Shown: positions 1-10,772, numbered from the stretch's first letter. The stretch: DNA of 64,000 nt from Escherichia coli (GCF_044324785.1 NZ_CP172127.1), one strand, 5' to 3'. Made by a program: numbers and translations. Notes: generated by a model from the sequence alone, not told the origin.

Positions 1-167
1 AAGCAGTTAAGCTAACGTGTCAGGGTAACCCTGCGTATTTGACTGAAATTCAGATCTCGATCAAAGCTGACGCCATCAACGCTCCGCTTTCTGCAAACTC
101 ATTCTTGCCACAACCACACCCAGGCAACTGTGGCAAAACCTTTGTGATTGATAAAGCAGGTTATTAA
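1..167 (+). CDS. rna: 3' end of a gene truncated by the window start, likely RNase I (frame starts at nt 3, ends ...NCGKTFVIDKAGY*)
   Basis: Stop-free frame from window start to TAA at 165-167; position upstream of rnk matches K-12 gene order. Called from synteny, not sequence recognition. Confidence 0.5.
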   Translation, partial: AVKLTCQGNPAYLTEIQISIKADAINAPLSANSFLPQPHPGNCGKTFVIDKAGY

Positions 168-316
168 TCCTCTGATTTACAAAAGACGCTAATTCGTCTT
201 CCATAAACCATGACGATTAAGATTTATACATAATGCGCTGCATTGAGGAATTCCCTGAATGTGACGCAAATCACTTCAAAGAGTGAGCAACAGTCAGTAT
301 CATCATGTGAGTTAAA

Positions 317-348
317 CCCTCGCCGCCTGACGGTGAGGGTTTTCTTTT
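317..348 (+). terminator. Intrinsic terminator-like hairpin (ccctcgccg/cggtgaggg) followed by a T-run, between rna and rnk
   Basis: Inverted repeat with 5-nt loop followed by ttttctttt, seen directly. Confidence 0.5.
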
Positions 349-396
349 GGGTATGTTTATCTGCGACACTCGCAGTACCGACGACATGGAGTAAAA

Positions 397-807
397 ATGT
401 CCAGACCAACTATCATCATTAACGACCTGGATGCCGAACGCATCGATATTCTGCTGGAGCAACCCGCCTATGCTGGTTTGCCAATCGCCGACGCGTTAAA
501 CGCAGAGTTGGATCGCGCCCAAATGTGTTCGCCAGAACAGATGCCACACGACGTGGTGACAATGAACAGCCGGGTTAAATTCCGCAATCTTAGCGATGGC
601 GAAGTGCGTGTGCGCACGCTGGTGTATCCGGCAAAAATGACCGATAGCAATACTCAGCTTTCCGTTATGGCTCCGGTAGGTGCCGCACTGCTGGGACTGC
701 GCGTTGGCGATTCCATTCACTGGGAACTTCCGGGCGGCGTTGCAACCCACCTTGAAGTGCTGGAACTCGAATACCAGCCAGAAGCTGCTGGCGACTACCT
801 GCTTTAA
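397..807 (+). CDS. rnk: Regulator of nucleoside diphosphate kinase (GreA/GreB-like), 136 aa
   Basis: Full-length ORF; protein [35 protein letters not shown]... recognised as E. coli Rnk. Confidence 0.93.
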   Translation: MSRPTIIINDLDAERIDILLEQPAYAGLPIADALNAELDRAQMCSPEQMPHDVVTMNSRVKFRNLSDGEVRVRTLVYPAKMTDSNTQLSVMAPVGAALLGLRVGDSIHWELPGGVATHLEVLELEYQPEAAGDYLL

Positions 808-840
808 TCCCATCTGCACAAGCGATAACTCGCTTTGCCC

Positions 841-866
841 AGAGGATGCACTCGCATCCTCTTTCC
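841..866 (+). terminator. Putative rnk terminator hairpin (gaggatgc/gcatcctc)
   Basis: 8-bp inverted repeat directly after the rnk stop, followed by a short T-rich tract. Confidence 0.4.
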
Positions 867-1162
867 GCTCAAATATCAACCAGATTTATCATTTTGCTCT
901 TAAGCGCAGCATTCTAATCTGAACTGGTTATTCATCTGCGGAACCTCATATGAGCGAAGCTCTCGGTATCACTGCATTTTATATATTCATAGCCGCAATT
1001 ATTGTTGCTGCAGTGCTATACCTTGAACAACGCTGGTAGCGCCTGGTTTTATTTATTTTCCAGCTCAATAGCAAATTCAGATCAAATCAGCCTCGCAAAT
1101 CATAGATTCATAACCAATAATGTGCTGTTATGTATACATGCAAAAACAAGGAGAGAATGCTT

Positions 1163-1591
1163 ATGTACAAAACAATCATCATGCCAGTGGATGTTTTCGA
1201 AATGGAATTGAGCGACAAAGCGGTTCGCCACGCTGAATTCCTCGCCCAGGATGACGGAGTTATTCATCTACTTCACGTACTACCGGGGTCAGCCAGCCTG
1301 AGCCTGCACCGTTTTGCCGCTGATGTGCGTCGTTTTGAAGAGCATCTGCAACATGAAGCAGAAGAACGTCTGCAAACGATGGTCAGCCACTTCACCATCG
1401 ATCCTTCCCGCATTAAGCAACATGTCCGTTTTGGTAGTGTGCGGGATGAAGTTAACGAGTTAGCGAAAGAACTTGATGCAGATGTAGTAGTGATTGGTTC
1501 GCGTAACCCATCAATTTCAACTCATCTGTTGGGTTCTAACGCCTCGAGCGTAATCCGCCACGCCAATTTGCCGGTGCTGGTTGTGCGTTAA
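1163..1591 (+). CDS. uspG: Universal stress protein G (YbdQ), 142 aa
   Basis: ORF-track frame 1130..1591; start chosen at the internal ATG ([12 protein letters not shown]...) preceded by AAGGAG; sequence recognised as UspG. Confidence 0.92.
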   Translation: MYKTIIMPVDVFEMELSDKAVRHAEFLAQDDGVIHLLHVLPGSASLSLHRFAADVRRFEEHLQHEAEERLQTMVSHFTIDPSRIKQHVRFGSVRDEVNELAKELDADVVVIGSRNPSISTHLLGSNASSVIRHANLPVLVVR

Positions 1592-1607
1592 TTGCCAGAA
1601 TAAGTCT

Positions 1608-1646
1608 CCCGCCCTGCCCGGAGCCATCCCGGCGGGGCTTTTTATT
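1608..1646 (+). terminator. Putative uspG terminator (GC-rich hairpin then ttttt)
   Basis: cccgccctgcccgg...cccggcggggc followed by tttttatt downstream of the uspG stop. Confidence 0.5.
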
Positions 1647-1651
1647 GCCAT

Positions 1652-1682
1652 AAAAAAGCCGCCAGGTTTGACCCCGGCGGCT
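1652..1682 (-). terminator. Putative ahpF terminator (agccgcc/ggcggct hairpin then T-run on minus strand)
   Basis: Reverse complement reads agccgccggggtcaaacctggcggctttttt, immediately downstream of the ahpF stop. Confidence 0.6.
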
Positions 1683-1711
1683 AAGCAATTGCAGGTGAAT
1701 CTTACTTCTTC

Positions 1712-3277
1712 TTATGCTGTTTTGGTGCGAATCAGGTAGTCAAAAGCACTCAGAGAGGCTTTGGCACCTTCGCCAGTGGCGATGATGATCTGCTTGTACG
1801 GAACCGTTGTACAGTCACCCGCTGCGAACACGCCTTTGACGTTGGTTTCGCATTTCGCATCAATGATAATCTCGCCCATGCGGTTACGTTCGACTGCGCC
1901 TTCGAGCCAGTTGGTGTTCGGCAGCAGACCAATCTGCACGAAAATACCGGCCAGTTCGATGTTGTGAATATCGCCGCTGACACGATCGCGATATTCCAGA
2001 CCAACGACTTTGCTGCCGTCGCCTTTCACTTCCGTAGTTTGCGCATTCAGAATAATGTCGACGTTTTTCAGGCTACGTAGTTTGTCCTGTAGAACCTGGT
2101 CGGCTTTCATTTCTGGCGCAAATTCCAGCAGAGTTACGTGCTCAACGATACCCGCCAGGTCGATTGCTGCTTCCACGCCGGAGTTACCGCCGCCGATAAC
2201 CGCTACGCGTTTGCCTTTAAACAGCGGGCCGTCGCAGTGCGGGCAGTAGGTCACGCCTTTGGTGCGATACTGATCTTCGCCCGGAACGTTCATGTTGCGC
2301 CATTTTGCACCGGTCGCCACGATAATGCTGCGTGCTTTCAGTACCGCGCCAGAAGCTGTTTCAATCTGATGCAGGCCACCTTCAACCGCTGCCGGGATCA
2401 GTTTGCTGGCGCTCTGGCTGTCGATCACATCAACGTCGTATTCATCAACGTGAACTTTCAGCGCACCTGCCAGTTTCTGGCCTTCGGTCTTCGGTACAGA
2501 AATGTAGTTTTCGATATCAACAGTATCGAGGATCTGACCACCAAAACGTTCGCCCATCAGACCGGTACGGATGCCTTTACGTGCGGAGTAAATTGCTGCC
2601 GCTGCACCCGCCGGGCCGGAACCAACGATTAATACGTCATAAGCATCACGCTTGTTCAGCTCTTCTGCCGCACGTTTTTCCGCGCCAGTATCAATTTTGG
2701 CGACGATTTCAGTCAACGTCATGCGACCCTGACCAAACTCTTTCCCGTTTACGAACACTGCCGGAACGCCCATCACGTTGCGATCGGTGATTTCGTTCTG
2801 GAAGGTGCCGCCGTCAATTGCAGTGTGCTTGATGCGCGGGTTCAGTACGCTCATCAGGTTCAGCGCCTGCACCACGTCCGGGCAGTTGTGGCAAGAGAGC
2901 GAGTAATAGGTTTCGAATTCAAAATCACCGTCAATATGGCGAATCTGCTCCAGCAGAGACTGCGCTTCTTTCGACGGATGACCACCGGTCCACAACAACG
3001 CCAGTACCAGCGAGGTAAACTCGTGGCCCAGCGGGGAACCTGCAAAACGTGGCCCCTGGTTAGAACCTGGGTTAGTGATCAGGAAAGACGGCTTACGCAC
3101 CGGCAAGCTGTTATCTTCTTTAAAGGTGACTTTGTCTGACAGTTCTGCGATTTCAGCCAACAGTTCCTTGATTTCTGCCGATTTAGCGCTGTCATCCAGC
3201 GTGGCAATTAACTCAACAGGCTTGGTCAATTTCTCAAGGTAAGCCTTGAGTTGAGTTTTCATATTTGTGTCGAGCAT
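1712..3277 (-). CDS. ahpF: Alkyl hydroperoxide reductase subunit F (NADH-dependent peroxiredoxin reductase), 521 aa
   Basis: ORF-track frame 1712..3307; start set at [17 protein letters not shown]... as in K-12 AhpF; CxxC and FAD/NAD-binding glycine motifs present. Confidence 0.95.
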
Positions 3278-3447
3278 GTTTATCTCCTGGGCTTTAAACA
3301 TCATCATGCAAGCGGCCTCTGCGGCTACCTGGATGCAGCTTGCATCATGGTGCGGGGAAGAAAATCGGGTGCCGCAGCACCCGAAGAATTAGGTGAATTT
3401 CCGAAGTATTTCGCGCCGGAGTTGGTAGCGCGAAAGACGAAGGAAAT

Positions 3448-4011
3448 TTAGATTTTACCAACCAGGTCCAGAGACGGAGCCAGAGTTGCTTCACCTTCTT
3501 TCCATTTAGCCGGGCAAACTTCACCTGGGTGAGAAGCTACGTACTGTGCTGCTTTGATTTTACGCAGCAGGTCAGACGCGTCACGGCCAATGCCTTCAGC
3601 GGTAACTTCGATTGCCTGGATGATACCCTGCGGGTCAACAACGAAGGTCGCACGGTCAGCCAGACCTTCATCTTCACGCATGTTGTCGAAGTTACGGGTC
3701 AGGGCGCCAGTCGGGTCGCCGATCATCGCATATTTGATTTTAGCGATGGTTTCAGAGCTGCTGTGCCATGCTTTGTGGGTGAAGTGAGTATCAGTAGATA
3801 CTGCGTATACGTCTACACCCAGTTTCTGCAGTTCTTCGTAGTGGTCAGCAACGTCACCCAGTTCGGTCGGGCATACGAAAGTAAAGTCAGCCGGGTAGAA
3901 GAAGAAGACGCTCCAGCGGCCTTCGGTATCTTTTTCGGTGATTTCGATGAATTCGCCGTTTTTGAATGCCTGGTTTTTAAAAGGTTTAATTTTGGTGTTA
4001 ATCAAGGACAT
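3448..4011 (-). CDS. ahpC: Alkyl hydroperoxide reductase subunit C (2-Cys peroxiredoxin), 187 aa
   Basis: [28 protein letters not shown]...FTFVCPTE... recognised as AhpC; GGAGG ribosome-binding site upstream. Confidence 0.97.
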   Translation of the reverse strand: MSLINTKIKPFKNQAFKNGEFIEITEKDTEGRWSVFFFYPADFTFVCPTELGDVADHYEELQKLGVDVYAVSTDTHFTHKAWHSSSETIAKIKYAMIGDPTGALTRNFDNMREDEGLADRATFVVDPQGIIQAIEVTAEGIGRDASDLLRKIKAAQYVASHPGEVCPAKWKEGEATLAPSLDLVGKI

Positions 4012-4382
4012 CTATACTTCCTCCGTGTTTTCGATGAGATGTAAGGTAACCAATTTTTGCCGATTCGGCTAATGCGTTTCCATTATCAAATCGATAAGTT
4101 TTACCTTACAACCTTCGTAAGACAACTTTGTGAACTTTGCACCGCCAGCGGCGATAAAAAGTAAAATGGCCCCCTTTCCAGGTGACCGTGTAATCTGAAC
4201 TACCCTTTGGTATCTTCAGCGCCTGCCTGCAGGCTGAGGTGTTGCCCTTACAAAGGCAACAACGACATGGATTACAACACCCTCATAAACAAAGGGCAAT
4301 CACCTGATCTAAGCTCTTACCTATGACAGTGATAGGTTATGCCTTTTACCCGACTTTTGCACTGACTGAAAAGGACAAATTA
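4012..4382. promoter_or_regulatory. Divergent ahpC / dsbG promoter region (OxyR-controlled ahpCF promoter in E. coli)
   Basis: Intergenic region between divergent starts; OxyR control is established knowledge for ahpC; the exact site was not mapped here. Confidence 0.5.
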
Positions 4383-5129
4383 ATGTTAAAAAAGATACTT
4401 TTACTGGCTCTGCTTCCTGCAATCGCCTTCGCAGAGGAACTTCCTGCTCCAGTAAAAGCGATTGAAAAACAGGGCATTACAATCATCAAAACGTTCGATG
4501 CCCCCGGAGGAATGAAAGGTTATCTCGGAAAGTATCAGGATATGGGCGTCACCATCTACCTGACTCCAGATGGTAAGCACGCTATCTCTGGTTACATGTA
4601 CAACGAGAAAGGTGAAAACCTGAGTAACACACTTATCGAAAAAGAAATTTACGCACCAGCCGGACGCGAAATGTGGCAACGGATGGAACAATCCCACTGG
4701 CTCCTCGACGGTAAAAAAGATGCGCCGGTCATTGTCTACGTTTTCGCCGATCCGTTCTGCCCATATTGTAAACAGTTCTGGCAGCAGGCGCGCCCGTGGG
4801 TAGATTCTGGCAAAGTGCAATTAAGAACATTGTTGGTTGGCGTTATCAAGCCAGAAAGCCCGGCGACAGCAGCGGCAATTCTTGCCTCCAAAGATCCCGC
4901 AAAAACCTGGCAAGAATATGAAGCCTCTGGTGGCAAGCTTAAGCTAAACGTGCCTGCAAACGTAAGTACAGAGCAAATGAAAGTGTTAAGCGACAACGAA
5001 AAACTCATGGACGATCTGGGGGCAAATGTCACACCAGCTATCTATTACATGAGTAAGGAAAATACACTGCAACAGGCCGTGGGGTTGCCCGATCAGAAAA
5101 CGCTTAATATCATTATGGGGAATAAATAA
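4383..5129 (+). CDS. dsbG: Periplasmic disulfide isomerase/thiol-disulfide oxidase DsbG, 248 aa precursor
   Basis: ORF-track frame 4323..5129; start at [17 protein letters not shown] (signal peptide); CPYC thioredoxin-fold motif present. Confidence 0.93.
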
Positions 5130-5141
5130 AAGATAATTCAT

Positions 5142-5178
5142 GGATGGTTGAAATATATCCCTATTTTTCAACCATCCT
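5142..5178. other. Long imperfect hairpin downstream of dsbG (ggatggttgaa...ttcaaccatcc)
   Basis: 11-bp inverted repeat with a 14-nt loop; no clear U-tract, so terminator function is uncertain. Confidence 0.35.
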
Positions 5179-5336
5179 AAAAAAGCATGAATTGCTCGCT
5201 CTGCCCTAAGTGGCTGTGCTATTTTAGAAAAACTTAATTCTGAATTAAGCAAAAAAACATAATACAAATAAATACAACAGCAACATTATTGATCAAGTGA
5301 ATGATTTATAGAAGAGATAATATAACGGAGTATGTT

Positions 5337-6239
5337 ATGGCGAATCTTTATGACCTAAAAAAATTTGATCTGAATTTACTGGTCATATTTGAGTGTATTT
5401 ATCAACATCTCAGCATTAGTAAAGCGGCAGAATCATTATATATAACGCCCTCTGCTGTTAGTCAGTCGTTACAACGTTTACGTGCGCAATTTAATGACCC
5501 GTTATTCATTCGCTCAGGGAAAGGTATCGCGCCGACTACGACAGGGTTAAATCTGCATCATCATCTTGAGAAAAATCTCAGAGGCATTGAACAAACGATC
5601 AATATTGTTAATAAGTCTGAGCTAAAGAAAAATTTTATTATCTACGGTCCTCAGCTTATTTCTTGTACTAATAACAACATGCTAATCCGCTGTCTTAGAC
5701 AAGATACTTCAATCGATATAGAATGCCATGACATACTGCTTTCAGCTGAAAATGCCGAAGAACTGTTGGTTCAACGCAAAACTGACCTGGCAATTACACT
5801 ACAACCAGTAATTAGCCGCTCTGTCATCTGCATGCCGTTACATACTATTCGCAATTCTCTTATATGTAGCAACAAACATCCTCGTATTACCGATACCAGT
5901 AACTATGAACAAATTATCGCCGAAGAATTCACCTTGTTGATATCTAAATCAGCAGGGATTGACGAAATTCAAATGGACATAGATGAACGTTTTATGAACC
6001 GTAAAGTTTCATTTCGCAGTTCTTCTTTGTTGACGATAATTAATAGTATTTCTGTTACTGACTTATTGGGCATTGTGCCCACCGAACTGTACGATTTACA
6101 TCGTGATTTTTTGAAGTTACAAGAGATAAAACTGGAACGACCACTTCCTGCGGTTAAACTTTATATTTCCTATAACAAGGCTTCGTTGAACAACCTTGTC
6201 TTCTCACGATTCATAGATCGTTTAAATGATAGCTTCTGA
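5337..6239 (+). CDS. ybdO: LysR-family transcriptional regulator YbdO (CitR), 300 aa
   Basis: ORF-track frame 5301..6239; start at MANLYDLKKFDLNLLVIFECIY...; N-terminal helix-turn-helix; gene is visibly AT-rich. Confidence 0.88.
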   Translation: MANLYDLKKFDLNLLVIFECIYQHLSISKAAESLYITPSAVSQSLQRLRAQFNDPLFIRSGKGIAPTTTGLNLHHHLEKNLRGIEQTINIVNKSELKKNFIIYGPQLISCTNNNMLIRCLRQDTSIDIECHDILLSAENAEELLVQRKTDLAITLQPVISRSVICMPLHTIRNSLICSNKHPRITDTSNYEQIIAEEFTLLISKSAGIDEIQMDIDERFMNRKVSFRSSSLLTIINSISVTDLLGIVPTELYDLHRDFLKLQEIKLERPLPAVKLYISYNKASLNNLVFSRFIDRLNDSF

Positions 6240-6385
6240 TTTATTACCACGGATAAATGTTATATTACGCATCAATTGATTCATTGTGTGAATATAAAAT
6301 AATGTGCTCTATCTTGCTTCGTTTACCCTATAATTAGCGGATTCATCTCACGAGTCGCCCCGTAACGTTCAGAGAGCGTTTTCAG

Positions 6386-7606
6386 ATGTCTATTTATAAA
6401 ATCCCGCTTCCACTGAATATTCTGGAAGCTGCAAAAGAACGTATTACCTGGACACTTAACACCCTACCCCGCGTCTGCGTTTCTTTTTCGGGTGGTAAAG
6501 ATTCCGGATTAATGCTGCATCTGACCGCCGAACTTGCCCGACAAATGGGCAAAAAAATTTGTGTTTTATTTATCGACTGGGAAGCTCAGTTCTCTTGCAC
6601 CATTAACTATGTTCAGTCCCTGCGCGAGTTGTACACCGATGTCATCGAAGAGTTTTACTGGGTTGCGCTCCCGCTTACAACGCAAAATTCCCTATCACAA
6701 TACCAACCCGAATGGCAGTGCTGGGAACCTGATGTCGAATGGGTACGTCAGCCCCCGCAAGATGCGATAACCGATCCTGACTTTTTCTCCTTTTACCAGC
6801 CTGGCATGACCTTCGAACAATTTGTGCGTGAGTTTGCCGAATGGTTTTCGCAAAAACGTCCGGCGGCGATGATGATCGGCATCCGTGCGGATGAGTCCTA
6901 CAACCGTTTTGTCGCCATCGCCAGTTTAAATAAACAACGTTTTGCCGATGATAAGCCCTGGACTACTGCCGCACCAGGCGGTCATAGCTGGTACATTTAC
7001 CCCATCTACGACTGGAAAGTCGCTGATATCTGGACCTGGTATGCTAACAATCAACAGCTCTGTAACCCACTGTATAATATAATGTATCAGGCAGGCGTCC
7101 CTCTGCGCCATATGCGAATTTGCGAACCTTTTGGCCCGGAGCAACGACAAGGATTATGGCTCTATCACGTTATCGAACCGGATCGCTGGGCTGCTATGTG
7201 CGCACGAGTCAGCGGGGTAAAAAGTGGCGGCATTTACGCCGGACATGACAACCATTTTTATGGTCATCGGAAAATCCTCAAGCCCGAACATTTAGACTGG
7301 CAGGAGTATGCATTATTGCTACTCAACAGCATGCCGGAGAAAACAGCTGAGCATTATCGCAATAAAATCGCCATTTATTTGCACTGGTATCAGAAAAAAG
7401 GCATCGAGGTTCCACAAACCCAGCAAGGGGACATTGGCGCGAAAGATATCCCCTCCTGGCGGCGAATATGCAAAGTTTTACTCAATAACGATTACTGGTG
7501 TCGGGCATTATCATTTAGCCCGACCAAAGCGAAGAACTATCAGCGTTATAACGAACGAATAAAAGGAAAACGTCAGGAATGGGGGATACTATGCAACAAC
7601 GATTAA
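6386..7606 (+). CDS. ybdN: PAPS-reductase-like / PP-loop ATP pyrophosphatase family protein YbdN (IbrA-like), 406 aa
   Basis: Full ORF; PP-loop motif SFSGGKDS near the N-terminus; recognised as K-12 YbdN. Confidence 0.9.
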   Translation: MSIYKIPLPLNILEAAKERITWTLNTLPRVCVSFSGGKDSGLMLHLTAELARQMGKKICVLFIDWEAQFSCTINYVQSLRELYTDVIEEFYWVALPLTTQNSLSQYQPEWQCWEPDVEWVRQPPQDAITDPDFFSFYQPGMTFEQFVREFAEWFSQKRPAAMMIGIRADESYNRFVAIASLNKQRFADDKPWTTAAPGGHSWYIYPIYDWKVADIWTWYANNQQLCNPLYNIMYQAGVPLRHMRICEPFGPEQRQGLWLYHVIEPDRWAAMCARVSGVKSGGIYAGHDNHFYGHRKILKPEHLDWQEYALLLLNSMPEKTAEHYRNKIAIYLHWYQKKGIEVPQTQQGDIGAKDIPSWRRICKVLLNNDYWCRALSFSPTKAKNYQRYNERIKGKRQEWGILCNND

Positions 7607-8208
7607 CGCAGGATTTAACCCAATTTCTCGCCAGCTTGCCGGAAGACGATCGCATCAAAGCGATTAATGAAATCCGCATGGCGATCCATAAGGTCAGTCC
7701 TTTTCGTGAAGAGCCGGTGGATTGTGTTTTGTGGGTGAAAAATAGCCAGCTCGTGCCGAATGATTACAATCCCAATAATGTGGCACCACCAGAGAAGAAA
7801 CTGCTGCAAAAATCCATTGAAATAGATGGCTTTACGCAACCCATTGTGGTCACGCATACAGATAAAAATGCCCTGGAAATTGTTGATGGTTTTCACCGCC
7901 ATGAAATAGGTAAAGGCTTATCATCGTTAAAATTACGCTTAAAAGGTTATTTGCCAGTAACCTGTCTGGAAGGTACACGTAATCAACGCATCGCCGCGAC
8001 TATTCGTCATAACCGCGCCCGTGGTCGCCATCAAATCACTGCCATGTCCGAAATTGTTCGTGAACTCAGCCAGTTGGGATGGGACGATCATAAAATCGGC
8101 AAAGAGCTGGGAATGGACAGCGACGAGGTGCTGCGCTTGAAACAAATTAACGGCCTGCAAGAACTGTTTGCCGACCGTCAATATTCCCGCGCCTGGACGG
8201 TTAAATAA
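7579..8208 (+). CDS. ybdM: ParB/sulfiredoxin-like domain protein YbdM (IbrB-like), 209 aa
   Basis: ORF overlaps the ybdN 3' end by 28 nt; DGFHR motif typical of ParB N-terminal-like domains. Confidence 0.88.
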   Translation: MGDTMQQRLTQDLTQFLASLPEDDRIKAINEIRMAIHKVSPFREEPVDCVLWVKNSQLVPNDYNPNNVAPPEKKLLQKSIEIDGFTQPIVVTHTDKNALEIVDGFHRHEIGKGLSSLKLRLKGYLPVTCLEGTRNQRIAATIRHNRARGRHQITAMSEIVRELSQLGWDDHKIGKELGMDSDEVLRLKQINGLQELFADRQYSRAWTVK

Positions 8209-9369
8209 CTACAGCTGGCGCAGGCGTTCAGCGGCAGCCAGCAACGTCGATTCCTTCTTGGCAAAACAGAGACGAATCAGTTTATGGGGGAAGGGATCGG
8301 CGCAAAACACCGACAGCGGGATCGCCGCTACGCCGTGCTCCCGCGTCAGCCACTGGCAAAACTCAACATCATCCAGCGTAGACACGGCGCTGTAATCCAC
8401 CAGCAAAAAGTATGTACCTTCGCACGGTAAAATCTCCAGCCGGCTTTCATTTAAAGCATTCACCAGAATATCGCGCTTCTGGCGATAAAAGTCCGGTAAC
8501 GCAAGATAATGCTCAGGTTCTGCACGTAGCATATCGGCAAGTGCCAGCTGTGCCGGGGTATTCACCGAAAAGGTCAGATACTGATGTACCTTGCGAATTT
8601 CGGCACTGATGGGCGCTGGCGCAACGCAATAACCCACTTTCCAGCCGGTCATATGATAGGTCTTGCCAAATGAAGAAACTGCCACCGCCCGCTCACGCAG
8701 CTGCGGATGCGCCAGCACGCTGGCATGGCCCTGTTGTGAAAAGTTGATGTGCTCGTAGACTTCATCGCTAATGACAAAAATCTCGTGCCCGCCGATCGCC
8801 TGCCACAGAGCGGAGAAATCAGCCTGCTGCCAGACAGTTGCACTGGGGTTATGCGGGGTGTTGAGGATCACCAGTCGGGTGCGCTCGCTTAACAATGCGG
8901 CAAATTCCTGCCAGTCCACGCGAAAATGCGGTGGTTGCAGTGCCATACGTTTCACTATTCCCCCCGAAAGCGCGATGGCGGGCGCGTAACTGTCATAGCT
9001 GGGATCAAAGCAGATCACTTCATCACCATTGCGCACCAATGCGGTAATCGCTGCATATAACGCTTCCGTCGCCCCTGCCGTTACGGTGATATCGCTATCG
9101 GCATCCGGTTGATAGCCATACAGACGTTCCGTTTTCTGAGCAATCGCCTCGCGCAAGGCCTGCACGCCAGTCATAGGCGCGTATTGGTTTGCCCCTTGGT
9201 CAACATGGTACGCCAGCCGCTCCTGCAAATAGCGCGGACCATCAAAATCAGGAAAGCCTTGCGACAGGTTAATCGCCTGGTGTTGCTGCGCCAGCGCGCT
9301 CATCTGGGTGAAAATAGTGGTGCCAAGTTGTGGAAGTTTGCTTTGTGGAATCAGAGGGTTATTTGTCAT
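8209..9369 (-). CDS. ybdL: PLP-dependent methionine aminotransferase YbdL, 386 aa
   Basis: ORF-track frame 8209..9405; start at MTNNPLIPQSKLPQLGTTIF...; aminotransferase class I fold with SFGKT lysine motif. Confidence 0.92.
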   Translation of the reverse strand: MTNNPLIPQSKLPQLGTTIFTQMSALAQQHQAINLSQGFPDFDGPRYLQERLAYHVDQGANQYAPMTGVQALREAIAQKTERLYGYQPDADSDITVTAGATEALYAAITALVRNGDEVICFDPSYDSYAPAIALSGGIVKRMALQPPHFRVDWQEFAALLSERTRLVILNTPHNPSATVWQQADFSALWQAIGGHEIFVISDEVYEHINFSQQGHASVLAHPQLRERAVAVSSFGKTYHMTGWKVGYCVAPAPISAEIRKVHQYLTFSVNTPAQLALADMLRAEPEHYLALPDFYRQKRDILVNALNESRLEILPCEGTYFLLVDYSAVSTLDDVEFCQWLTREHGVAAIPLSVFCADPFPHKLIRLCFAKKESTLLAAAERLRQL

Positions 9370-9476
9370 TTTTTGTTGTGCCTGACGAAGTTGTGTTGAA
9401 GGCACTATAACACGATGCTAGTATTTGGCAATCAAGACGTTTAGATGTCTAAATAAAACAATAAGGACAACACAAC

Positions 9477-10565
9477 ATGCCTCACAATCCTATCCGCGTG
9501 GTCGTCGGCCCGGCTAACTACTTTTCACATCCAGGAAGTTTCAATCACCTGCATGATTTTTTCACTGATGAACAACTTTCTCGCGCGGTGTGGGTCTACG
9601 GCGAACGCGCCATTGCTGCGGCGCAAACCAAACTTCCGCCAGCGTTTGAACTGCCAGGGGCAAAGCATATTTTGTTTCGCGGTCATTGCAGCGAAAGCGA
9701 TGTACAGAAACTGGCGGCTGACTCCGGTGACGACCGCAGCGTGGTGATTGGCGTCGGCGGCGGCGCACTGCTCGACACCGCGAAAGCCCTCGCCCGCCGT
9801 CTCGGTCTGCCGTTTGTTGCCGTTCCGACGATCGCCGCTACCTGCGCCGCCTGGACACCGCTCTCTGTCTGGTATAACGATGCCGGACAGGCGCTGCATT
9901 ATGAGATTTTCGACGACGCCAATTTTATGGTGCTGGTGGAACCGGAGATTATCCTCAATGCGCCGCAAGAATATCTGCTGGCGGGGATCGGTGACACGCT
10001 GGCGAAATGGTATGAAGCGGTGGTGCTGGCCCCGCAACCAGAAACGTTGCCGTTAACCGTGCGCCTGGGGATTAATAACGCGCAGGCCATTCGCGACGTC
10101 TTGTTAAACAATAGCGAACAGGCGCTTGCCGATCAGCAAAATCAACAGTTAACGCAATCATTTTGCGATGTGGTGGATGCGATTATCGCCGGAGGTGGAA
10201 TGGTCGGTGGTCTGGGCGATCGTTTTACGCGTGTGGCGGCGGCCCATGCCGTGCATAACGGTCTGACCGTGCTGCCGCAAACCGAGAAGTTTCTTCACGG
10301 TACCAAAGTCGCCTACGGAATTCTGGTGCAAAGCGCCTTGCTGGGTCAGGATGATGTGCTGGCACAATTAACCGGGGCGTATCAGCGTTTTCATCTGCCG
10401 ACTACGCTGGCGGAGCTGGAAGTGGATATCAATAATCAGGCGGAGATCGACAAAGTGATTGCCCACACCTTACGTCCGGTGGAATCCATTCATTACCTGC
10501 CAGTCACGCTGACACCAGATACGTTACGTGCAGCGTTCGAAAAAGTGGAATCGTTTAAAGCCTGA
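9477..10565 (+). CDS. ybdH: Iron-containing alcohol/hydroxycarboxylate dehydrogenase YbdH (HcxA), 362 aa
   Basis: Full ORF; glycerol-dehydrogenase-like GGGxxxD region; recognised as YbdH. Confidence 0.9.
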   Translation: MPHNPIRVVVGPANYFSHPGSFNHLHDFFTDEQLSRAVWVYGERAIAAAQTKLPPAFELPGAKHILFRGHCSESDVQKLAADSGDDRSVVIGVGGGALLDTAKALARRLGLPFVAVPTIAATCAAWTPLSVWYNDAGQALHYEIFDDANFMVLVEPEIILNAPQEYLLAGIGDTLAKWYEAVVLAPQPETLPLTVRLGINNAQAIRDVLLNNSEQALADQQNQQLTQSFCDVVDAIIAGGGMVGGLGDRFTRVAAAHAVHNGLTVLPQTEKFLHGTKVAYGILVQSALLGQDDVLAQLTGAYQRFHLPTTLAELEVDINNQAEIDKVIAHTLRPVESIHYLPVTLTPDTLRAAFEKVESFKA

Positions 10566-10574
10566 CGTACATAT

Positions 10575-10772
10575 TTAGCAGCAGCGCGCGCCGCCTTTTC
10601 CACCGTAGCGCGCGTCCTGCCGCTCACGGAAAAACTCCTCGTAGGTCATCGGCGTTTGATCGGGATGGTTTACCCGCATATGTTCGACATAGTTGTCGTA
10701 ATCAGGCATACCAATCATCAGCTTCGCCGCCTGACCTAAATATTTTCCGGCTTTTGCCAGTGAATCAAACAT
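10575..10772 (-). CDS. ybdD: Small DUF466 protein YbdD, 65 aa
   Basis: [58 protein letters not shown]...; downstream of cstA as in K-12. Confidence 0.85.
   Translation of the reverse strand: MFDSLAKAGKYLGQAAKLMIGMPDYDNYVEHMRVNHPDQTPMTYEEFFRERQDARYGGKGGARCC

Noticed and set aside
1002-1211. 69-aa ORF in the rnk-uspG spacer and 5' extension of uspG (ORF-track start 1130)
   Set aside because: No ribosome-binding site; the internal ATG at 1163 with AAGGAG gives the canonical 142-aa UspG.
4323-4382. N-terminal extensions offered by the ORF track (for example dsbG at 4323, fepA at 30198, ybdG at 37087, fepC at 22409)
   Set aside because: Internal starts give proper signal peptides, operon overlaps or the lengths I recall for the K-12 proteins; the extensions would run into upstream genes or promoters.
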